Notes under the pieces: model-generated
Database searches by the model: none
Seen by the model: only the letters and a program-made list of their open reading frames with translations
What the model was told of the DNA's origin: nothing
Origin: Myxococcales bacterium
GTDB lineage: Bacteria > Myxococcota_A > Polyangia > Polyangiales > DASUME01
Direction of reading: 5' to 3'
Assembly (NCBI GenBank): GCA_047601445.1
Contig: JASGJH010000001.1
Location: 2,016,001-2,080,000, forward strand
DNA: 64,000 bases
In this document: piece after piece, positions 13,809 through 25,276 of the stretch
Position numbering within the stretch: position 1 is the first letter of the stretch
Layout: the number at the start of each line of letters is the position of its first letter
Translations under genes and position numbers: made by a program

Positions 13809-16800
13809 TTACTGAAGGCGCAGCGCGATGCCGATGGCCTCACGCAGGCGGAAGTACTCCTGCGAGACGCTGAACAGGATGAGCTCCTTGGTCTTCTCGG
13901 TGGGCGACAGGTCGTCCGGACCCGCCGACTCGAGCTGGCTCAGCATCGCCACGGAAGCGTCGAGGTCGTTGGACACCAGGAAGCCCGCGCGGCAAGCCGT
14001 GAGCTCCACCGTCTGGATCCAGCGCTTGATGTCCGTGCGCATGCCGCGCTTCGCGAAGATCTTGCAGGCCTTCGCGATCTCCTCGACCTGAGCAGGCTGC
14101 ATCTTGGCACGCAGCGTCGCCCAGACCTTCTCGGCCTCCGGCGTGCCCTCGCCCACCGAACGCATGGCGATGATGAGCGCCTCACGCAGCTCCTGCGCGC
14201 TGGGCAACATCTTGCGGATGTAGTGCTCGGCGCGGTGATACGCGAGGTGGTGGGCCGTGATGAACTGCAGATCCTTCGGCTTGTAGCCGCGCAGGAGCAG
14301 CATGCCGCAGATGCTCGCGGGCGGCGTGACGAGCTCGCTCTTGAGCGAGTACGGCATGTCGCTGCGCAAGAACAGGCGCGGACGCACGTCGGGAGACAGC
14401 ACCTGCAGCGACATGGCGAACGCCTGCGCCACCGAGGCCGTTTCCTTGGCGAAGTCCACCGGCTTGAACTTGGCCAAGCCCGTGGTCTTGTCGGTCACCG
14501 CCGAGTAGCGGCTATCGAACAGCGGACCGCACAGCGAGCGGAAGACCATGGACACTTCACGGTCCTGATCGGGGTGGTAGAGGTCCGACAGCCAGTGCTG
14601 CGCGGTCAGGCGCGAGCTCGGGTTGCCCGAAGCCACCTTGTACTGCTCGTAGAAGTTGCTCTGGTCGCCGTCCGCGCTGCGCAAGAACATCAGCGTGCGG
14701 GCCACGCACCAGGCCTTGTCGTACTCGCGGTTGTCGAAATAGAGCTTGTAGAGCGAGTGGTACGTCTCGGCCTTCTGCGGGTCCTGCCGCAGGAGGTACT
14801 CGAACTCGGCCACCGCGTCGCCGAACTTGTTCGGCAGCTTGGCGTAGAGCTCGGCCAGGATCTGGTGCTCCTGCACGTCCTCGGGCTTGACGTCGCTCGC
14901 CATCTTGAACGCCTGGGCAGACGATTCCATCTGCTTCAAGCGGTCGCGATAGATGAGACCCAGGTTGTGCCAGAGGCTGAACTGGAGCTCCTTGTCCGGG
15001 TTCGGCGTCGCCATCAAGCGATGCAGCATCTTGCGGAAGGCGCGCTCGAGGCCCTTCCAGTCCTTCATCGTGGTGAGCAGCTTGTTGACCGCTTCGAAGG
15101 GCTTGAGCTGCGTGACGTCGAGATCGAGGGCCTCGTTGAAGCGCGCCAGGGCGCCCTCGATGTCCTTGAGCTCGTCGCGCATGATGACGCCGATGGTGTA
15201 GGCGTACTTGGCCTTGGCCGCCGTGCGCTCGTCGAGATCGGCCACGCGCTGGATGATCTCCGTGGCCTCCTTCCACTGCTTGGTCTCTTGGTAGAGCTGC
15301 AGCAGCTTGTGGAGCAACACGTGGTTCTTGGGCTCGATCGACACGGCCTCGGCGATGGCTTCGATGGCCTTGGCGCGGTTGTCGAGCTTGTCCTTCCAGT
15401 GGTCGGCGATCTCCTGCAGGAGCGTGAGGCGCGTGGCCTTGTCCGCACCGTCGAGGAGCTGCTTCTTGTAGTGGATGACCTGGTCCCACGCGTTGTCGTC
15501 CGCGTGGATCTCGATCACGCGCTGCAGGGTCGTGCGGTGCCCCGGATCCTGCTCGAGGGCCTTGTCGAACATGTTGAGGGCCTTGCGGCGCTCACCCTGC
15601 TCGAGCTTGACCACACCGAGCTGATGGAAGGCCTGCACCACCTCGTCGGGCGACAAGTCGTCGCGGTGCTGCATCAACAGCACTTGGTAGAACTTGCTGG
15701 CCTTCTCCCAGTCCTTGAGCGCGAAGTGAGCCTCGGCCAAGCCCTGGATCGTGGGCAGGTGCGTCTGGTCGAGCGTATAGGCCTGTCCGTAGGCCTTCAC
15801 CGCCAGCGAGTGGTCGCCCAGCTTGCCCGCCGCCTGACCCAGCAGGAAGGAGAGCCGCTGATTCTCGTCGGCCGAGCGCTTGGCGCTCTGCTTCACGAGG
15901 AGCTGCAGGAGCGGGAGAGCCTCGGCGAAGCGCTCTTCCTTGACGTAGTCGTCCACCAGGGGCAGCGCCGCGTCTTCGTTGGTGTCGTCGTGGCGCAGGG
16001 CCGCCTCGAAGCAGGCCACCGAGCGCGTGTACTCGTCGAGCCGCTCGCGGTAGATCTGACCGAGCTCCACGTTCAAGCGCGTGAGGACACGCGGCGTGGT
16101 GTGGTGCTGGATCTCCTGCTCCAGGGTGCGCGCCGCCGCGAGCCAGTCGCCGCCGTCGACGTAGACCTTGCGCAGCGCCTCGAGCGAGGGCAGGTGCGTG
16201 GGGTCGATGTCGATGGCGCGCTCGTAGTGCCGCACCGCGCTGTTACGCTCGCCGAGCTTCTCCTCGAGGATGCGACCGATGCGGAAGTGCAGGTCCACCT
16301 GCTGCGCCGGATCGCGCTGCAGCTTGGCCAGGCGCTCCAGGGCATCGATAGACGAGGCGTGATCCTCCGTCTTCTCGTACAGCCGCGAGAGGGCATCGAG
16401 GGCCTCGACGTCGTTCTCGTCGAGGTTGGTGACGTTGAGGTAGGTGTCGATTGCGCGTGCCGGATCCTTGAGCTCCTTGGCGTAGGTGCTGCCGAGGGCC
16501 TTGTAGATCGCGATCTTCTCCGCGCGGTCCGGCGTGGCCGAAACGTGACGCTCGTACGTGTTGAGCACGTCGTCCCAGCGCTGCAGCGTGCGGTAGATGC
16601 GCGACAGGCCAGACAATGCGTCGAGGTGGTTCGGGTCGATCTCGAGGATTTGCTCGAGGCGCTCCGCGGCCTTCTCGGGCTTGACGAACTCCTCTTCGAA
16701 GAGGCGCGCCAACTTGCCGAGGATGGCGATGCGCTCCTTCTCGGTGCGCACGGCCTCGAGCTGTGCCTCGAGGATCTTGGGCAGGTCCGGCCAGCGCTCG

Positions 16801-19800
16801 CGCTGCTGGTACAGGGGCTCGATGCCACGCAGGGCCGCGAGGTTCTGGCCTTCCACGGCCAAGACCTCCTCGTACTGCTGGATCGCCTTGTCCACGTCGT
16901 TGAAGTGGTCGCGGTAAGAGGCCGCGAGCTCGAGCTTGGCTGCCAGTACGATGTCCAGGTCCTCCTGGGACAGCGTGTTGAGCTCGCCGCCGCGGAAGCC
17001 CGCCTTGCGCTTGAGGACCTCGACCAACTCGTCCCACTCGCCGCGCTCGCGATAGATGCGCTCGAGGGCCACGAGGGACGGCAGGTGAGCACCGTCGAGT
17101 TCGAGGGCCTGGCTGTAGTACGTGGTGGCCTGCTCTGGACGGCTGAGCTGCTTCTCGCAGAGCTCGCCGAGCTGCACGTACACGTCCATCTTGTCTTCGT
17201 CGCGCGACGCCACCTCGAGCATGCGCGCGAGCACTTGATAGACGGTGTCCCACTGACCGAGCTGGCGGTAGAGATCCGCCATCTGGCTCATCGCCTGGTG
17301 ATGCGCGGGATCGAGCTGCAGGATCTGCTGGTAGTAGGGGATGGCGTAGTCAGGACGCTCGAGGAAGCGGCCGTACCACTTGGCGCAACGCAAGCAGAGC
17401 GCGATGCGGGTGGACTGCGGGATCTGCTGCGCCAGGGCCTCGTTGGCCGTGGTCAGCACCTGATTCCAGCCCTGAACGGCCTGGGCGAGACGCTCGAGCT
17501 GATCGGCCGAGGGGCCGTACTCGTAGTCCTCGGTCCATGCGACGAGCAAAGCGTCGAAAGCCTGCTGGGCCTCGTCGAGCTTGGTCTCGTAGACCTTGGC
17601 GGTCTTCATCAGGAGCTGGATGCGCGAGGCGCCGTCTTCCACGGCCTCCACGCGAGCCAGGTACAGCTCCACCAGCGACTCCCACTTCTCGCCGTCGGTG
17701 TAGATCTGCTCGAGCTGCTTGAAGGCAGCCTCGTGCAGGGCATCGAGCTCGATCACGCGGGTGAGCGCGCTGACGCCCTTGTCGCGCTGCGAACCGTCCT
17801 CGTCCCAGCTGCGTGCGATGTCGAGCAAGACCGCGACCTTGTCGTCCGCCTCGCTGAGACCGGTGACGCGCCGCTCCTTGACGCCGATGCGCGCCTCCCA
17901 GTCGCCTTCGGTCGTGTGGATGCGCTCGAGAGCGTCCATCGCCGCGAAATTGCGGGGGTTGACGTCGATTGCCGCGGTGTAGGCCTCCACGGCCTCCGAG
18001 GTGCGCTGCAGCGTCTCCTCATAGAGCTTGCCGAGCTCCATGTGGACGGCCTCGCGCTTCTCGGGCGCGAGCGTCGCCGAACCCACGTCGATCACGCGGT
18101 GCAGCGTGTCCACCAGGTCCTGCGTGGCGCCCGCCGCGCGATGGATGTTCGCGATCTCGAACAGAGCCGGCGTGCGGCCCGGATCGAGGTCGAGCACGCG
18201 CTCGTAGCTCTCGAGGGCGCTGCGCGCGCGATCGAGCCGCGCGTACCAAACGCCACCGAGCTCCATGAAGATGCCGATGCGGTCTTCGTCGGTCTCGGCC
18301 ACGTTGGCGCCGCGCTCGAGGATGTCCACGAGGTCGCGCCAGTTGCCCTGCGAGGTGTAGAGCTGTCCCAGGGCCTTGAGCGCCTCGGGATCCTCGCCGC
18401 GCAGGTCGAGCACCTGCTTCCAGAGGTCGATGGCCTTCGCCGGGCTACCGAGGTGCTCCGAGGAGAGCCGCGCCATCTTGGCGTAGATTTCAGCCTGGTT
18501 GGAGTCGCCGACGATCACGCGCAGAGCACGCTCGTAGGTTCCGAACAGGTTGACCCAGTCGCCCTTGGTGGTGAATGCGCGCTCCAGCGCATGGACGCTG
18601 TCCACGTGCTCCGGGTCGAGATCGTTCAGGATCACCTGATACGTCGCGATGGCTTCGTCGAGGCGGCTGAGCTCCACCTCGAGGACCTGGCCGAGGCGGA
18701 AGCTCAGCTCGGTCTTGTCGTAGGCGGACTCGGCAGCGGTGACGCGCAGGCGCAGCACCTCGGCCAACGACTCGAACGCGCCGTGAACCTGGTAGATGCG
18801 GTCGAGCGACTCGAGCGTCTCGTTGTCCGCTCGGTTGACGCCGAGCACGAAGCGATAGCTCTCTTCGGCACGGTGCAGGTCGCTGAGCTCGTTCTCGTAG
18901 ATGCGCGCCAGCTTGCGGCCGAGCGTGACCTTGACGTCCTGCGAGACGCCGTTCGACACCACGTCCGCGTACGTGTTGGCCAGGACGTCCCAGCCACCCG
19001 TCACGCGCGCCAGGCGCTCGACCTCGCTGTCCGTGTGTTCGTTCTGGGGCTCCTCGAGCAACGCGCGCTGCATCCACAGGAACGCCAGCCGCGAGTCCCC
19101 CGCCTTGTCCTCCGCGATCTCGGCCACGCGGTGCATCATGGCCACGCGCTCGGTGGGATCGGGCTGATGCGAAAGCTGCACTTCGTGCACCCCGATCAGC
19201 GCGTTCCAGGCTCCCTGCATGCGGTAGAGCGGCTCGAGCACCTCGCCGATCTCCATCGGCATCTGACCGTCGGCGAACAGCGTCTCGAGCGAGCGCACTG
19301 CCGGCTGGTACTCGGGCGCCGCTGCGAGGATGTCGCGGTACTGACCGACGGCGTCGCTCACGCGGCTCAGACGAGCCTGCAGGACCTGACCGAGTCGGTA
19401 CTGCGTGTTGAGCATGTCGTCGGGCGTGGGCGCGATCTCGATCTCCTTGCGCAGGACATCGGCCAACTCGCTCCACCGACTAGTCGCCTCGTAGAGACGG
19501 TCCAGGGCATTGAGCGCCTCCGCGTGAGCGGCGTCGGCGTCCACCACGATGCGGTAGCGCGCGATGGCGGCGTCGATGTTCTCGACCTGGATCTCGTAGA
19601 TCTGGGCCGAGCGCAGCGCGAGCTGCACGTGGGCGTCGCCGCCGCTCTCCTTGAGCTGCTCGACGCAGGCGTCGTACAGGCGCGTGACCTCGGTCCAGTT
19701 GCCGAGATTCTCCGCCAAGCGCTCGAGGGCCTGTTGTGTGTTGTCATTCGACGGGTCGAACGCGAGGCTGCGACCATAGGCTTCGAAGGCCGCCGGCGCG

Positions 19801-22800
19801 TTCTCGAGCTGGACCTCCGACAACTCGGCCAGGCCGTGCAGGAGCTCCACCTTGCGCGCTGCATCGCGCTCGTAGGTGACGCGAACTTCCTGGACGGCAG
19901 CGAGCTTGGCCCACTCACCGAGCTGACGGTAGACCGGATCGAGTACCTCGGCGGCAGCCAGCGGCTCGCGCTTGCCAGCGATCATGCCCTCGAGGGCAAT
20001 CAGGGTGGCCTCGTGGTCGGGTGACAGCTCCAGGATCTCGCGGAAGCCATCCACCGCACGGGTGGAGTCGCTGAGCTTCTGGTCCCAGAGCTCCGCGATG
20101 CGATAGCGATAGCCGATGGAGACGTAAGGATCGCCGGTGAGGTCCACCTCGCGCTCCAACACGCTCATCAACTCGGTCCAGTTCTCGGTCGCCAGGTACA
20201 GCGCGTCGAGACGACCGATGGCAGCGCGGTCGTCGGGGTCCACCTCGAGGATGCGCTGGTAGGTGTCGATGGCGCGCGCCGGGTCGTTGAGCTCACGTTC
20301 GTAGACGGCGCCGATTTCCGAGTAGATCGCCTTCTTGTCCTCGGGCGAGGAGACGATGTCCGCCTTCTTGGCGTAGGCGGCCATCAGGTCTTCCCAGCGG
20401 CCGAGCTTCAGGTACAGCTCGCTGAGCTGGTCGAGCGAGTGGAGGTCCTCGCCGTCGAGCTCGAGCACCTGCTTGTAGACGTCCACGGCCAAGAGGGGCT
20501 GGTTGAGCACCTCTTCGTGGATCTGCGCCGCGCGGTACAGGTACTGCTTCTGCTCGTCGAGCTCCGACAGCATCTTCGCCTTGGCCAGGCAGATGCCGGC
20601 CAGGGCTTCGTACTGCTCGCTCTGCAGATACAGCCGCTCGAGGGCGCTCGCCGCCTCCAGGTGGTGTGCGTCGTGCTCGAGCACCTTGCGGTAGTGACTG
20701 ACCGCAGCGTGCACGTCGCCGAGCATGTTCTCGCGAATCTGCGCCGCCTTCACGTGCAGCAGCGAGGCCACCTGCGGGTCCACCACCTTCTCGACCTGCT
20801 GCTCGTAGATCTGCGCGAGCTTGGAGGCGTCGTTGGCCGCCAGCGCCACGCGCTCGAGCTGCGACTGCGTGGAGTCGTTGGCCGGGTCCTCACCGAGGGC
20901 ACGCGCGTAAGCGTCGACCGCGCTCGTGAGCTCCCCGAGCTGGGTCTCGTAGAGGTCCGCGATGGTGTGCAGGAGCAACACGCGCTGCTCCACGGCGCCC
21001 GCGTGGCGCGCCTGGATCTCGTGCACTCCGATCAACTTGCGGTACTCCGCCGTGTCCCCATAGAGCGGCTCGAGCACCTCGGCGATGGCCAGCTCGTGCT
21101 CGGGCTTCTGCATGAGACGCTCGAGCGCGCTGAGTGCCTCCGGGTTCGAAGGATCGCGCGACAGCACCTCACGGTAGATCTCGATGGCCGCTTCGACCGC
21201 GCCCATGCGGTGCTCGCGCAAGCCGGCGAGTCGCAGCATGTAGGCGGTCTGCTGGCCGGGATCCTCCGCGAGGTCGAGCTGACGGCTCACGTTGTCCGCG
21301 AGCTCGGCCCACATGGCCTGGCCTTCGTAGAGCTCGTCGAGGGCCGACAGCGAGCGAGCGCTGGCGGGATCGATCTCGAGGATCTCGCGGTAGCGCGCGA
21401 TGGCCTCCTGGGCCTCGCCGAGCTTCTCGCGGTGCACCTCCGCCATCTGGGCCAGTAGCGCTTCCTTGCGGTCCGGATCGGCCGTGAGCTCTGCCTTGCG
21501 ACGCAGCACGCCGAGCAGCTCGTTCCAGCGCTCGCGCACCCGGTACAGGGTCTCGAGCGAGGCGAGCACTTCCTCGTCGGCCGGGTCGGACTCGAGGATC
21601 TTGTTGTAGCAACCGACGGCGCCGTCCATGTTGCCGAGCTGGGTGGCGTAGTGCTCCGCAGCCTTGAGGTAGAGCGAACGCGCGAGCACCGGGTCGGTCT
21701 CGTTCGAGGCTAGCTCCACCACCAGCTTCACGAGCTCCGCGAAGCGGTCTTGCTCGATGGCCAGCACTTCGAGCTGAGCCACCGTGTCTGCGTGCGAGGG
21801 CATCTCGCGCAGCGCGCGCATGTAGGCGTCGAACGAGCGCCCGGCGTTGTCGAGCGGCCCCGCAGCGACCTGCCCGATCTTGGTGAGCAGACGCAGCTTC
21901 TCTTCGGGGCCGTCGGCGCCCACCACGAGCACTTCGAGGGCCCGGATCAGGTTCTCCCACTGACCCGACGTCTCATACATCGGCTCGAGGATCTCGGCCG
22001 CAGCCTTGCCATGCTTCTCGTCGTCGAGCAGGAGCTCGAGCTGTCCGCGCGCGCCGTCGTGCTCCGGCAAGAGCAGGAGGATTCTCGCGGTACAGGTCCA
22101 CCGCTTCGCCAGTGCCTTCCAGGTGCTGCTGCTTCACGCGCGCCAGGCGGAACTTGAGCGACGCCAGCTCCTCGTCGGAGCTCGGCCCGAGATCGATGCG
22201 GCGCTGCAGCACGTCGGCCAAGTCGGAGAACTTGCCAAGGTCCTGGTTCAAGCGTTCCAGGGCTCGGTAGGCGTCGACTTCGTCATCGCCCCAGTCGGCG
22301 ATGATCTGCGTGTAGCAGTCGATGGCCTCGGCGGGCTTCTTCAGCTCGTTTTCGGTGAGCGCCGCGATGTGGTAGGCGAGCTGCTTGCGGACCTCGGGGT
22401 TCTCCTCGAGCTCCTGGCGCTTGCGATAGATCTCGAGCACGTCCGCGAAGCGACCCGTCTGCCGATAGAGCGGCTCGAGCGCCTGCGCCGCACGCATGTT
22501 GTCGGGCTCGGCGTCGTAGACGTCCGCCAACTGCTTGATCGCTTCGTCCACGCGCCCGATCTGGGCAAGCACGGTGCCCGCGCTCAGGCGCAGGTCGGTG
22601 ATCTCGAGCGGATCGGAGGTGCCGTCGATGGCCTCTTCGTAGGCCTTGGTGAGCTTATCCCAGCCGCCCGCCACGTTGCCGGCAAGGCGCGCCGGATCCT
22701 CACGGGTGATCTCGCGCGTCGGCGCGAGCGAGAAGGCCTCCAAGAACTTGGCGAACGCGGTGGTGGGATCCTTGAGGCGCTCCTCGTAGATCAGGCCGGT

Positions 22801-23901
22801 CTCGCGCAGGAGCATCAGGCGCTCCTCCACGTCCTCGACGTGCTTGAGGCGCACCTCGTAGACACCCGCCAGCTTCTTGGCGTCCTTGCCTTGCTCGTAG
22901 ATCGGGCTCAGCGCGACGGCAGCGTCCAGGTTGTTCGCGTCGAGTTCGAGGATCTTCTCGTACGAGCGCGCTGCACGGTCGGCCTTGTCCTTCTTGGTGG
23001 CCCACAAACGCGCCACGCGCTTGATCAGCGAGATGCGCTCCTCGATGGCGACGTTGGCGTCGTCGCCTTCGCGTTCGAACACGCGGATCAGCTCGTCCCA
23101 CTTGTCCTGGGTCGAGTAGAAGTCCTCGAGGGCATCCCAGTCGCGCAAGGCGGCATAGCGCTTCTTGAGCTGCTCCTGGGCGCGACGCTCGTCGGGGCGC
23201 AGGTCGAGCAGGCGCTTGAACGCGCGCACGGCGCCACGGTCGTCGTTGAGCTTGTCTCCGTACAGACCGCCCAGCTTGAGCAACAGGTTGACGAGCTCGT
23301 TGTCGTTGCCGAGCTGGTTGGCCTGCAGCTCCAGCACCTCGGCGAGCGGGCCCCATTCACGGGCCTTTTCGTAGAGTCCGGCGAGCGCTTCCACGGCCTT
23401 GGCGTTGGCAGGATCGTACTCGAGCACCTTGCGCCAGAGCTCGATGCACACCTCGGGCTTGCGCAGACGCTGCGTCGCCAGGTCCGCCACCTCGGCGTAG
23501 CGCAGCGGACGATCGGCCTCGTCGAGGAGCTCGATCTCGGCGCGCATCACCTCGACCAGCTTCTCCCAGTCGCGACGCTTCTCGTACATGTCCTTGAGAC
23601 GCGTGATCGCTTCGACGTTGCTGCGGTCGATCTCGAGCACCCGCGCGTAGCACTTGATGGCTTCCGCTTGGTTCGACGACTTCTCGATGTAGAGCTCGCC
23701 AGCACGCGCGTAATTCGCGACCTTCTCGGCGGGATCCTTGATCAGGTCCGCCTTGCTGATCAGCGTCTTGATCACGTCCGACCAACGCTTGAGGCCCTCG
23801 AACTTCGCGAGGTTCTCGTCGAGCGCCTTCAGCTGTGCCTGCTCTTCTTCGCTCAACTCGATATTCTGGGAGAGATCCTGCTCTGACACCGAAGCCTCCA
23901 T
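13809..23901 (-). CDS. agmK: Giant TPR gliding-motility protein GltI/AgmK-like (about 3360 aa), split by a +1 frameshift at ~22082
   Basis: ORFs 21973..23904 and 13809..22070 join as ...EAVDLYREILLLLPEHDGAR... when one base is removed. Dozens of TPR units (A..Y..IL..DP....AL..L..LY....W..L); located downstream of gltG. Confidence 0.8.
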
Positions 23902-24330
23902 CAAACCAACTCAGCCGCCAACGCCGCGCCTACGCCGGAGCGCTACGCCGTGTGCACGGGCAACGAAACCGACGGGATGTTTTAGTAACCGCCCGTCCAA
24001 ACCAACCGGGCACCCACGCAAATCTTCGAGGTACAACCCGCAACCTGGGCCGCCCTCTTGAGGACGCATCGTACCTCGAATCAGGCTGAACTTTTCCACG
24101 AAAAAACAGCGACTTGGCGCATCCGCCCCAAAGTTGGTGCCGCGTCGCCGCACCTTGTGTGTACCAGGAAGATGTGACCGCCAAAACAGGTAACTTGAGT
24201 GGCGTCGCACTCAGATCGGTCGCCGCTTTGCGGACTCGCACACCGGCGGTCGCTCCATGCGAGCTAGACGGGCAGGCCGAGCGACCAAGGTCGAACGCAC
24301 CACGCCCCCCTACCCGCCCCCACAAACGCG

Positions 24331-24395
24331 AAAAGCCGCGCTCTCGGGCGCGGCTCTTACATGCGGGACGTCGAAAGCGCGCCCTCGGGCGCGCT
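24331..24395 (-). terminator. Two tandem GC hairpins after the TPR-lipoprotein gene, intrinsic terminator
   Basis: Minus strand reads AGCGCGCCC-GA-GGGCGCGCT-TT, then AGCCGCGC-CCGAGA-GCGCGGCT-TTT. Confidence 0.65.
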
Positions 24396-24415
24396 AGCAG
24401 AGATCGGCGGGCGAA

Positions 24416-25276
24416 TCAGAAGCCTTCGGACATCTCCGAGAGCTTGTCGCGAGCCGCCTTCTGGTAGTGCTCGGGTGCATCGCCCGCCACCGCCAGGAAC
24501 TTCTTGAGGTAGCGCTTGGCCTCCTCCTTGTTGCCCTGGAGCGCGTAGGTCCAGCCGAGCGAGAAGATGGCGTCACGCATGCCGGGGACGATCTCCAGGG
24601 CAGCGCGGAACTCCTGGGTCGCCAGGTCGAACTTCTGCTGCTGCTGGTAGATGGTGCCGAGCAAGTTGTGGATCTTGGCGGCTTCTTCCGAACCACCCTG
24701 CGCCACCTTGAGCGCGCTTTGCGACACCTGGACCGCGTGGTCGAGGTAGCCGAGGTCTGCGTAGAGCGAACCCAGCGCGTTGTAGGCCGGCAGGAAGCTC
24801 GGGCCCTTCTCGATGGCTTCCGTGTAGCGCTGCAGCGCCGACTGCTGGTCATCCAGCTCCTCGGACACCTGCGCAAGCTTGTAGTACGCCTTGAAGAGCG
24901 TGGGCTCGAGCTGCACGGTCTTCTCGAGGGCCTTCTTGGCTCCCGACCAGTCCTTGAGCTCAATCAGCACGGTGCCGAGCTTCTCCTGGTAAGCCGCGCT
25001 CTCGGGGGCCACCGCGATGGCCCTCGTGAGGTCGTCCTTGGCGCGCTCGAACTTGCGCATCTCCATGTGCACGATGGCCAGGTTGTAGAAGGCCTGGTCG
25101 TTGCTCGAGTCGATGGCTGCCGCACGCTCGAGCTGTTCGACCGCTTCGACGTACTGCTTCTGCGTGGCCAGGACGACGCCCTGGTTCATGTGGTTCATCG
25201 ACTCCACGTTGGCGCGCGAGCAACCCGCACCGAGAGCCAACAGCAGAGTTAGGAAACCGAGCTTGCGCATGATCAA
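24416..25276 (-). CDS. TPR lipoprotein (Tgl/PilF-like architecture)
   Basis: Lipobox LGAGC; about six TPRs; ATGA overlap with the gltG stop. Confidence 0.8.
   Translation of the reverse strand: MIMRKLGFLTLLLALGAGCSRANVESMNHMNQGVVLATQKQYVEAVEQLERAAAIDSSNDQAFYNLAIVHMEMRKFERAKDDLTRAIAVAPESAAYQEKLGTVLIELKDWSGAKKALEKTVQLEPTLFKAYYKLAQVSEELDDQQSALQRYTEAIEKGPSFLPAYNALGSLYADLGYLDHAVQVSQSALKVAQGGSEEAAKIHNLLGTIYQQQQKFDLATQEFRAALEIVPGMRDAIFSLGWTYALQGNKEEAKRYLKKFLAVAGDAPEHYQKAARDKLSEMSEGF

Noticed and set aside
14223..20024. 1933-aa plus-strand ORF
   Set aside because: Antisense shadow of gltI with the typical L/V/E/H-rich mirror composition.
21973..23904. Separate 643-aa TPR gene upstream of a 2753-aa gene
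   Set aside because: The TPR pattern continues across a single-base shift and the ORF tail is out-of-frame junk, so it is one gene.
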